Below, one piece after another: positions 10,746-18,658 of a DNA stretch of 64,000 nt. The number at the start of each line of letters is the position of its first letter. Positions within the stretch are counted from its first letter, which is position 1. The position numbers and the translations under genes are program-made. The stretch comes from Verrucomicrobiia bacterium. GTDB lineage: Bacteria; Verrucomicrobiota; Verrucomicrobiia; Limisphaerales; UBA1319. The stretch spans positions 2,720,001 through 2,784,000 of the forward strand of contig OY760937.1 in the NCBI GenBank assembly GCA_963664225.1, in the 5' to 3' direction. The notes beneath the pieces are model-generated. The model saw nothing but the letters and a program-made list of their open reading frames with translations, did not search any database and was not told the origin of the DNA.

Positions 10746-10811
10746 CGCCTTCCCAGTGCTCGCTCACCGTTCGGAAGCGTTTCAAGTATGCTCGGTCATT
10801 GCGAGTGAACT

Positions 10812-11918
10812 ATGAAAATGCGATACCGTCTGATGCGGCGCGGCAGCCGCGGCCGCACCTTCTATTGCGTCGATACCCTCACGGGCAAACGCGTGAGTCT
10901 CCAGACCGGCGATCCCGATGCCGCCGAACAGGTGGTCCTGGCCCGGAACCAGTCGCTGCGCCAGCCCTCCCTCAACTTGAACATCGCCAAGGCCTATCTG
11001 GCGGGGAGCGATTCGGGGGTGGCCACGCGCACCTGGCAGCAAGCCATGGACGCGATGGTCGCCAACAAACAGGGAGCCAATCAGAAGCGATGGCAGAATG
11101 CCATCAAAGACAAGGCCTTCAATCTCATCCGCCGTCAGGTCATCATCGAAACCAAGGGCGAACACCTCCTGTTCACGATTCAGAGCGGCACCGTCAGCAC
11201 CAATGTGTTCCTGCGCAAATTGCATAACTTCTGCCTCGATATGAACTGGCTGCCCTGGCCGCTGATTGCCAAACGACAATGGCCCATCATTCGTTTCAAA
11301 GAGAAACGCGCCATCACCCTCGCGGAGCACCAGCAGATCCTCGCGCGTGAGAAAAATCCCGAACGCAAAGCCTATTACCAGATGGCCTGGCACTCGGGCG
11401 CGTCGCAAACCGATCTGGCTTTCTTGCAGGCCGACGACATCGATTGGGAAAACCGCACCATTGGTTATCTGCGCCGGAAAACGAAGTCCGTGGCCCAGAT
11501 GCACTTCGGAAATGAAGTCGAGGCGGTTCTCCGAACTCTGCCGCTCAACGGGCCCCTGTTTCCCTACCTGCGGACAGTGCGGGAGGCCGACCGCAGCACG
11601 GAATTCAAGCAGCGGTGCATGGGCTTGGGAATCACAGGCGTCACGCTGCATTCCTACCGCTACGCCTGGGCCGAACGGGCGCGCAAGTGTGGCTATCCCG
11701 AGCGTTTCGCCCAGGAAGCCCTGGGGCACAACTCGAAGGCCGTGCATCGCGCCTACGCCCGGCGGGCGCTGGTCCGCCTGCCTTCCCTGGAGGAATACGA
11801 GCTGCGCCCGGAGAAGAACATTATCGTTCCGCTGCGCTTCAATCCACCGGCCATCCCAGAGCCAGCCAGCCAAACCAGTCACAATGAAGGAGAGCAGAAA
11901 ACGGCTGCCGTCTCATGA
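10812..11918 (+). CDS. Tyrosine recombinase/integrase
   Basis: HSYR, ALGH and HRAY catalytic-box motifs; adjacent to the tRNA. Confidence 0.9.
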   Translation: MKMRYRLMRRGSRGRTFYCVDTLTGKRVSLQTGDPDAAEQVVLARNQSLRQPSLNLNIAKAYLAGSDSGVATRTWQQAMDAMVANKQGANQKRWQNAIKDKAFNLIRRQVIIETKGEHLLFTIQSGTVSTNVFLRKLHNFCLDMNWLPWPLIAKRQWPIIRFKEKRAITLAEHQQILAREKNPERKAYYQMAWHSGASQTDLAFLQADDIDWENRTIGYLRRKTKSVAQMHFGNEVEAVLRTLPLNGPLFPYLRTVREADRSTEFKQRCMGLGITGVTLHSYRYAWAERARKCGYPERFAQEALGHNSKAVHRAYARRALVRLPSLEEYELRPEKNIIVPLRFNPPAIPEPASQTSHNEGEQKTAAVS

Positions 11919-12108
11919 TCCCAAAGGTAAAGTGGTAAAGGCCGGTCTCGGGCCTTCGGCAGGCTCGTTCGGCCTGGGGTCTCAACGACCGTTGAAACAA
12001 CGTTTCGGATTGGTTGACTAGCCGGTTTGAGTTGCGATAAAACGACTTTACCCACGAAGCAGGCGCCGGTTCCATTGAAGAACCGGCCCAATGACAGGGA
12101 GGAGGTTC

Positions 12109-15100
12109 ATGCCGGCAGCAGGCAGGGTCATTAAAAACGATCTGCAACTTGATTTGTTCACTTTTGACCGAAGGAGACCAGCCTATGATCAAGCCACTGA
12201 CGCAACTCGGCTTAATGGCCGAGAAACACTGGAGAAAATATCTACCGAAAATGGTCGCGGAATTGGAAGCCAAGGGTCAACTCCAAGCCATGCTGCTGGA
12301 GGCGGAGGAAAAGACCGAGGCGGACCTGGACCGGATTCGACGGCAGTTGATTCAGTGGGGCCAGTCTCCCCTGCAAGCGCACGTCCAGGCCTGGGAAATG
12401 GTCCGCCAACACTACATCTTACTCCCGCCCGAGTCTTAGCAAACGGCCACGATGCTGTCGGCCATCGGGAGGACCTCAACGCGGGCAGTGACGAAATCAG
12501 TAACTGCAGGCCGGTTTCACCGTCCGCCGCCGAGGAGCAGCAGCAAGGTGAACCGGATCTGTCGTGCCAGAAGACCCCGGTCCTTGAACCCGAACCGATC
12601 CGTAACCAGACCAACTATCGGATTACCGCCGGAGATCGCCTGGGAAGCGGGTCGCTGAAACAAAAGTGCCACGACAACCTCGCGGCCATTGAATTGCTCA
12701 AGCGCCTCGAGGCCGAAGCCCGACCGCCTACCATTGAGGAAAAGAGGGGGATGGTGCGTTACATCGGTTGGGGCGGATTACCCCAGGTCTTTGATGTCTG
12801 GAATGACGAGTGGAAGGAACAACGCGAACGGTTGGAGCGGTTGCTTGATCCCGACGAAATGGAATCCGCCCGTGCTTCCACCCTGAACGCCCATTACACG
12901 GCCCCGCAAGTCATTCAGGCCATGTATGCCGCGTTGCAGCGGTTCGGTTTTACTTGCGGGCGTATTCTCGAACCCGCCTTGGGTCTTGGACATTTCATCG
13001 GCCTCATGCCCGACGAAATGCATTCCCGCTCGCTGATCACCGGTATCGAAATAGACTCGCTCACCGCCCGGTTGGCCAAGGCACTTTATCCCGACGCCGA
13101 CATCCGGCATCAACCGTTCGAGGAAACCAAGCTGCCGGACGGGTTCTACGATGTGGCCATTTCCAACATTCCTTTCGGGAACTACAAGCCCTTCGATCCC
13201 CGGTTCAAAGGCTGGAATTTCCTCATCCATGATTATTTCTTCGCCGCCGCGCTCAACAAGATTCGCCCTGGCGGACTGGTCCTGTTCATCACTTCGCACG
13301 GCACGCTCGACAAACAGGACGCCGCGCTTCGGAATTACCTCCTCCAACAGGCGGACCTGCTGGGGGCCATCCGTCTGCCCAACGATGCCTTCAAACGCAA
13401 TGCCAACACCGAAGTCACCACCGACATCGTCATGTTGCGCAAGCGGCTTCCGGGTGAAACACCAAAAGGCCCGGAATGGATGCAGACCGTCGAGATCACC
13501 AACTCGGTGGGGGAAACCATTTCGATCAACGAATACTTCGCCGCCCACCCGGAAATGCTGCTGGGCGAGATGCGTCTGGAGGGCCGGATGTATGGGCGGG
13601 GTGAAGCGACGCTCGTCGGTAACAAGCGTGACCTGGCAGAGCAATTGGCCGAGGCCATCGCGTTGCTGCCACGGGACATATTCCGTCGCGAGATCAAGAC
13701 GGTTGAAAAACCGTCGCTGTCCCATACGTTCCCCGCCCCGGAACATGTCAAGCCCAACGCCTATACCATCGTCAACGGTCAGATCGCCATTCGCGACGAA
13801 GACCGTCTGCGGGTGGTGACCGGGCTGTCCTCCCAAGTGGCCGCGCGTATACGAGGGCTGATCCGCGTGCGGGACGCCATGCGGCGGTGTCTCCTGGCCC
13901 AAGTCAAGGAAGCCGATGAGGGCGAAGTCGCCACGTCCCGAGAGCAACTCAACCACGCCTACGATTATTTTGTGGCCCGGTTCGGACCGATTTCCGAACG
14001 CGCCAATACCAGCGCCTTCCGGGGGGATCCGGATCAGCCGCTGTTGTTGTCCCTCGAGAATTACAACGAGGAAACCCGGCGCGCGACCAAGGCCGCCATC
14101 TTCCGGGAAAGAACCATTCAGAAAAAACGTCCTCTGGCTGTCGTCAACTCCCCGGAAGAAGCCTTGCTTGTCACCTTGAACGAGCGGGGCTGCGTGGACC
14201 TGGACTACCTGGCCGGCCTGCTCCATCGCCGCCCGACGGAGTTCCTGCCGGACCTGCGCGGCACGATCTTCCTCAATCCCCAGACCAATCGCTGGGAAAC
14301 CGAGGATGCCTACCTGTCGGGCAATGTTCGGGCGAAATTGGAGACCGCCGAAGCGGCCCTGCTGTTGGATGAACAATTCAAAATCAACGTCGAGGCGCTC
14401 AAAGCCGTCCAACCGACTGACCTATCGGCGGTGGAGATTGATGCCCGCATGGGCAGCACGTGGGTTCCGCCAGAGGACATCGAGCGATTCGCCGAAGAAC
14501 TGCTGGGCGAAACGAGCATCCATGTCAGCCATGCCCCGCAGCTTGGGCTGTGGGTCGTGCGTGGTGGTTGGAGCGCAAAAAGCTCCATCGCCAACACGGC
14601 GGAATGGGGCACGGAACAGCGTAGCGCCCTCGACCTTATCGAGGATGCCCTAAACCTGCGAACCCCCACCGTTTATGAACACGATCCACACACCGACCGC
14701 GACGTGGTGGATGTCGCGGCCACCGAGGCCGCCCGCGACAAACAAGAGAAGATCAAAGAGCGATTCAAGGAATGGATTTGGCAGGATGATGCCCGGCGGG
14801 AAAGGTTGGCACGGAAATACAACGACGAGTTCAACCACACCCGGCTCCGGTCGTTCAACGGCAATCATCTCACCCTGCCTGGGGCCAGTCCTGCGATTGA
14901 CCTCCGCTCACACCAGAAAGCCGCCGTGTGGCGCATCCTGCAAACGCCCAACTGCCTGCTGGCCCACGTGGTCGGGGCGGGCAAAACTTACGTGATGGTG
15001 GCCGCCGCCATGGAGTTGAAGCGGCTGGGGCTGGCGCAAAAGCCACTGATTACCGTGCCTAACCACATGCTCGGCCAGTTCACGTCCGAATTACTGGGGC

Positions 15101-17349
15101 TGTATCCCGGGGCCAACATCCTCGTGGCCACCAAGGACGATTTTGAGAAAGAGAAGCGCAAGACCTTGATGAGCCGGATAGCCACAGGCAATTGGGACGC
15201 CGTCATCGTCACCCATTCCGGGTTCGAGAAAATCCCCGTCGCACGGGAAACCCAGGAGGAATTCTTTCAGGAACACTTGCGGGAACTGACTCTGGCCATC
15301 GAACAGCAGCGAAAGGAGGGCGACTGTCGTATCATCAAGGCCCTGGAACGCGCCAAGAAGCAATTGGAGTCCAAGATGAAGGAAATGGCGGCGAATGAGA
15401 AGAAAGACGACGGGCTCACGTTTGAGGAATTGGGCGTGGACCGGTTGTTCGTGGACGAAGCCCATTGCTTCAAGAACCTGTTCTATGTCTCCAAGATGAC
15501 ACGCATCGCCGGTCTGCCCCAGACGGCGTCGCAGCGCGCCTTTGATATGTTCCTGAAGGCGCAGCATGTGCAGCGAATGAATGGTGGAGGAGGCGTGGTG
15601 TTTGCAACGGGCACGCCGGTCACCAATAGCGTGGCGGAAATGTTCACCATGCAGCGGTTCCTCCAGATGATGACGCTGAAGGATCAGAACGTGGCCCATT
15701 TCGATTCCTGGGCGGCGACCTTCGGCGAGCCGGTGACGGCGATGGAATTATCCCCGGACGGTTCTGGCTACCGGTTGCACACGCGCTTTGCCCGGTTCAT
15801 CAATGTCCCGGAATTGATGCAGATGTTCCGTCAAGTGGCCGACATTCAAACGCAGGAGATGCTCAAGTTGCCAGTCCCCGAATTGAGGCAGGGAAAACCG
15901 GCCGTCATCAGTTCTCCGTGCTCACCGGAATTGAAAGAGATCGTTCAGTCGCTGGTCGAGCGGGCTGAGGCATTGCGCACCGGCTCAGTTGATCCACGTG
16001 ATGACAACATGCTTCTGGTCACCACCGATGGTCGTAAGGCAGCTCTGGACTTGCGATTGCACGATCCATCGCTGCCCGACCATGACAACAGCAAGGTCAA
16101 CCGGGCAGTCGAGATGATTGAACGCATCTGGCGGGAGACTGCGGATGGCCGTTCCGCGCAATTGGTGTTCTGCGACATGTCCATTCCGACCGGCGGCAAG
16201 GGATTTTCGGTCTATGAAGACATACGCGGCAAATTGATTGTGCGAGGTGTGCCGGAAAAGGAAATCGCCTTTATCCAGGATCACGATAGCGATGCCGCCA
16301 AGCTGATGCTGTTCCGGGATGTGCGGGCAGGCAAGGTGCGGATTCTTATCGGCAGCACACAGAAAATGGGCACCGGTGCGAATGTTCAGGAACGCTTGAT
16401 AGCCTTGCATCACCTCGACGCGCCATGGCGGCCAGCGGATGTCGAGCAGCGCGAAGGCCGCATCCTGCGACAAGGCAACTCGAATCCTGAAATCCAGATC
16501 TACCGATACGTTACCGAAGCCTCGTTCGACGCCTACATGTGGCAAACGCTGGAGACCAAGGCCAAGTTCATTGGCCAGGTGATGACCGGCGAGAGCGATT
16601 TGCGGCGCATCGAGGATATTGATGGCACGGCCCTAACCTATGCCGAAGTGAAGGCCATCGCGTCGGGCAATCCGCTCGTGATCGAGAAGGCCCGGATTGA
16701 TGCTGAGGTCGCACGCCTCAGCCGATTGCATTGTGAACACCAGGAAACTCAATTCCGACTCCGGTCTCGGGTCCGGCACCTGACCGATGAGCTTCCGCGT
16801 CTGGAAAAACGGTTGGAGGATGTGGGCCGGGATATTGGGACACGTCAGGACACCAGCGGCGACAAGTTCGTCCTGATGCTGGAAGGCCAGGAGATCCGGG
16901 ACCGGGGGATTGCCGGCGAACTCCTGCTCCGTCGGGCGGAACGGATGCGCGGGAGTCGCTCCGAGCGCCTGGCGGGCAGCTTGGCAGGCTTCCAGTTATT
17001 CGTTGCCGACAACTTCATGCAAGGCCCCGAATTGGTGATCAAGGGGACCACGACCTACACCGTCAAAGTCACCGACACAGCGCTGGGCACCATTCGTTCA
17101 CTGGAGCACACGATTCAGCACCTCGAAGAACTCTCGGCGAATCTGACCCAAAACATTCAGGACAACCGGAAACGGCTGGCGGACCTCCATGTCCATGCCG
17201 ACACACCCTTCGAATACGCTGAACGCCTCGCTTCGCTCAGTCGCCGCCAGCAGGAGATTTCGGACGAACTGGATTTGACCAAGAATCAAACGCCAGCACA
17301 AATGGAGACAACGGAGGATAGACAAGAAAATGTCGCGGTTGAAAGTTAG
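12109..17349 (+). CDS. Large DNA methyltransferase-SF2/SNF2 helicase fusion (DarB-like)
   Basis: YIGWGGL, ILEPALGLGHF (SAM motif), SNIPFG (motif IV-like), AHVVGAGKT, DEAH, ATGTP, WRPADVEQREGRILRQGN; GGAGGAGG RBS precedes ATG 12109. Confidence 0.88.
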   Translation: MPAAGRVIKNDLQLDLFTFDRRRPAYDQATDATRLNGRETLEKISTENGRGIGSQGSTPSHAAGGGGKDRGGPGPDSTAVDSVGPVSPASARPGLGNGPPTLHLTPARVLANGHDAVGHREDLNAGSDEISNCRPVSPSAAEEQQQGEPDLSCQKTPVLEPEPIRNQTNYRITAGDRLGSGSLKQKCHDNLAAIELLKRLEAEARPPTIEEKRGMVRYIGWGGLPQVFDVWNDEWKEQRERLERLLDPDEMESARASTLNAHYTAPQVIQAMYAALQRFGFTCGRILEPALGLGHFIGLMPDEMHSRSLITGIEIDSLTARLAKALYPDADIRHQPFEETKLPDGFYDVAISNIPFGNYKPFDPRFKGWNFLIHDYFFAAALNKIRPGGLVLFITSHGTLDKQDAALRNYLLQQADLLGAIRLPNDAFKRNANTEVTTDIVMLRKRLPGETPKGPEWMQTVEITNSVGETISINEYFAAHPEMLLGEMRLEGRMYGRGEATLVGNKRDLAEQLAEAIALLPRDIFRREIKTVEKPSLSHTFPAPEHVKPNAYTIVNGQIAIRDEDRLRVVTGLSSQVAARIRGLIRVRDAMRRCLLAQVKEADEGEVATSREQLNHAYDYFVARFGPISERANTSAFRGDPDQPLLLSLENYNEETRRATKAAIFRERTIQKKRPLAVVNSPEEALLVTLNERGCVDLDYLAGLLHRRPTEFLPDLRGTIFLNPQTNRWETEDAYLSGNVRAKLETAEAALLLDEQFKINVEALKAVQPTDLSAVEIDARMGSTWVPPEDIERFAEELLGETSIHVSHAPQLGLWVVRGGWSAKSSIANTAEWGTEQRSALDLIEDALNLRTPTVYEHDPHTDRDVVDVAATEAARDKQEKIKERFKEWIWQDDARRERLARKYNDEFNHTRLRSFNGNHLTLPGASPAIDLRSHQKAAVWRILQTPNCLLAHVVGAGKTYVMVAAAMELKRLGLAQKPLITVPNHMLGQFTSELLGLYPGANILVATKDDFEKEKRKTLMSRIATGNWDAVIVTHSGFEKIPVARETQEEFFQEHLRELTLAIEQQRKEGDCRIIKALERAKKQLESKMKEMAANEKKDDGLTFEELGVDRLFVDEAHCFKNLFYVSKMTRIAGLPQTASQRAFDMFLKAQHVQRMNGGGGVVFATGTPVTNSVAEMFTMQRFLQMMTLKDQNVAHFDSWAATFGEPVTAMELSPDGSGYRLHTRFARFINVPELMQMFRQVADIQTQEMLKLPVPELRQGKPAVISSPCSPELKEIVQSLVERAEALRTGSVDPRDDNMLLVTTDGRKAALDLRLHDPSLPDHDNSKVNRAVEMIERIWRETADGRSAQLVFCDMSIPTGGKGFSVYEDIRGKLIVRGVPEKEIAFIQDHDSDAAKLMLFRDVRAGKVRILIGSTQKMGTGANVQERLIALHHLDAPWRPADVEQREGRILRQGNSNPEIQIYRYVTEASFDAYMWQTLETKAKFIGQVMTGESDLRRIEDIDGTALTYAEVKAIASGNPLVIEKARIDAEVARLSRLHCEHQETQFRLRSRVRHLTDELPRLEKRLEDVGRDIGTRQDTSGDKFVLMLEGQEIRDRGIAGELLLRRAERMRGSRSERLAGSLAGFQLFVADNFMQGPELVIKGTTTYTVKVTDTALGTIRSLEHTIQHLEELSANLTQNIQDNRKRLADLHVHADTPFEYAERLASLSRRQQEISDELDLTKNQTPAQMETTEDRQENVAVES
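12185..12439 (+). CDS. TnpV-like small protein, nested in the +1 frame of the methylase-helicase
   Basis: AAGGAG RBS at 12171; MIKPLTQLGLMAEKHWRKYLPKMVAELEAKGQL...AWEMVRQHYILLPPES resembles the TnpV pattern. Confidence 0.65.
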   Translation: MIKPLTQLGLMAEKHWRKYLPKMVAELEAKGQLQAMLLEAEEKTEADLDRIRRQLIQWGQSPLQAHVQAWEMVRQHYILLPPES

Positions 17350-17496
17350 CGCCACCACATTCGATCTTTGGCCTATTACTGAAGTCGGCGGTCGGACTGG
17401 GGCCTTTTTGTGCTCAAATCGGGGCTTTTTGATCCGATTCTAAGTGACTACTTCAGGACATTTGCGCTAACACCGGCAGAATTTGAATTATCTCCG

Positions 17497-17520
17497 TTAT
17501 GCACAGTTTTATGCACACTT
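17497..17520. repeat. 12-bp tandem direct repeat at backbone/defence-operon junction
   Basis: TTATGCACAGTT TTATGCACACTT followed by TTATCGGC TTATCGG. Confidence 0.6.
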
Positions 17521-17539
17521 TTATCGGCTTATCGGGAAG

Positions 17540-18658
17540 TCAGACCCTGCAGAGGGAGTTGCTGGCAGCGTGGAGTTGAAATTTGCCCAGGTCCGTTTGG
17601 AGGTATGGCACCTCTACGTTTGTGCCATGCGGATATTCGATGTCGAAATTCGTATATGGCACGGTGTTTATTGTGGGAGCGGCAGCACACACAGAAGGCC
17701 AGTGTACAGGGTCTGTCAGTTGGAATTTTGATGCTAAATGGTCGCAATAGCCGGATGGTTTGCTGGACCTGGCGGGGAAGACAAAATTCGAGGCGGGACT
17801 CGGGCTACTGAAATAATTCTCCACCTTTGTAGAGAAATAGCGCACGCCGTCGAGGGTGGTTTCTGTGGTGAGCCACTGCAGGATCAACTGGGGCACCACG
17901 TATTCCGGCTTGAATGGTTCGCCTGTGTTTCTGACTTTGATCGAAGAGGCGGCAAGAAGAGGCCAGCAGACAGCCTGTGCGGTGATTAGGTCAGAGAGGC
18001 GTGAGGGGCCAGAAAGGTCTTTGGCGTGGGTACCGCTTCTTATGAGACCGGCGAACCAAGCAGGGCGCCACCCAAAATCCAGCACTTGGAAGGTGGCTCC
18101 GGAAATGGGTTTGAACCTTGCCAAGTATAGGGAATCAATTGGTGGTCTGCCATATTCTTCCCAGCACGCATAAACGGTGCTGCCTAAGTACAAGGACGGC
18201 AGTCCCAGAATGCTGTAGCGGTAGGAGGCTACTTTATGCCTTTCCTGAAACGGGACATGAAACATGTCTTGGGCCGACGTCGGTACGGGTGGTTTGTTGC
18301 CACGGATTCGGTAGAGATGGCTTATGACGTTCGAAATGTCATGGATCGAAAACATGGCCTGGAAGTGCGCCCGGGCTATGCCGAGTGCATCGGCCAATGG
18401 CTTGTAAGCGCGTGGCGGATGGCCAAGAAAATACTCTCTGATTGAGCGTTGAATCGCGTCGCAGAGCGTGAATGCCGAGGTGTACTCCTGGGCTATACGG
18501 GCTGACAGATAGCCATATGGAAATGGAGTAATCTGGCGAAACACTTTAAGGTAGTCGGCGTAGATTTGACTGATGTATTCGTCAAATGATCCGGGATAGG
18601 TTTCCCACGAGCGCGGCAGCTCAAGCTCATCGGATTCAAAGAATTCGATTATGTTCAT
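17540..18658 (-). CDS. RES-domain protein (putative NAD+-consuming effector)
   Basis: LYRIR, MFHVPF, RYSILGLPSLYLG, CWEE and DGVRYFS give the R, E and S signature. Confidence 0.7.
   Translation of the reverse strand: MNIIEFFESDELELPRSWETYPGSFDEYISQIYADYLKVFRQITPFPYGYLSARIAQEYTSAFTLCDAIQRSIREYFLGHPPRAYKPLADALGIARAHFQAMFSIHDISNVISHLYRIRGNKPPVPTSAQDMFHVPFQERHKVASYRYSILGLPSLYLGSTVYACWEEYGRPPIDSLYLARFKPISGATFQVLDFGWRPAWFAGLIRSGTHAKDLSGPSRLSDLITAQAVCWPLLAASSIKVRNTGEPFKPEYVVPQLILQWLTTETTLDGVRYFSTKVENYFSSPSPASNFVFPARSSKPSGYCDHLASKFQLTDPVHWPSVCAAAPTINTVPYTNFDIEYPHGTNVEVPYLQTDLGKFQLHAASNSLCRV

Noticed and set aside
10782..14412. Long minus-strand ORFs 10782-11882 and 12778-14412
   Set aside because: Antisense shadows of the integrase and the methylase-helicase.
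17380..17404. Inverted degenerate copy of the tRNA-Cys 3' end (17/25 identity) as a possible attR
   Set aside because: Wrong orientation for an integration duplicate and too degenerate in GC-rich DNA; conjugation genes continue far beyond it.
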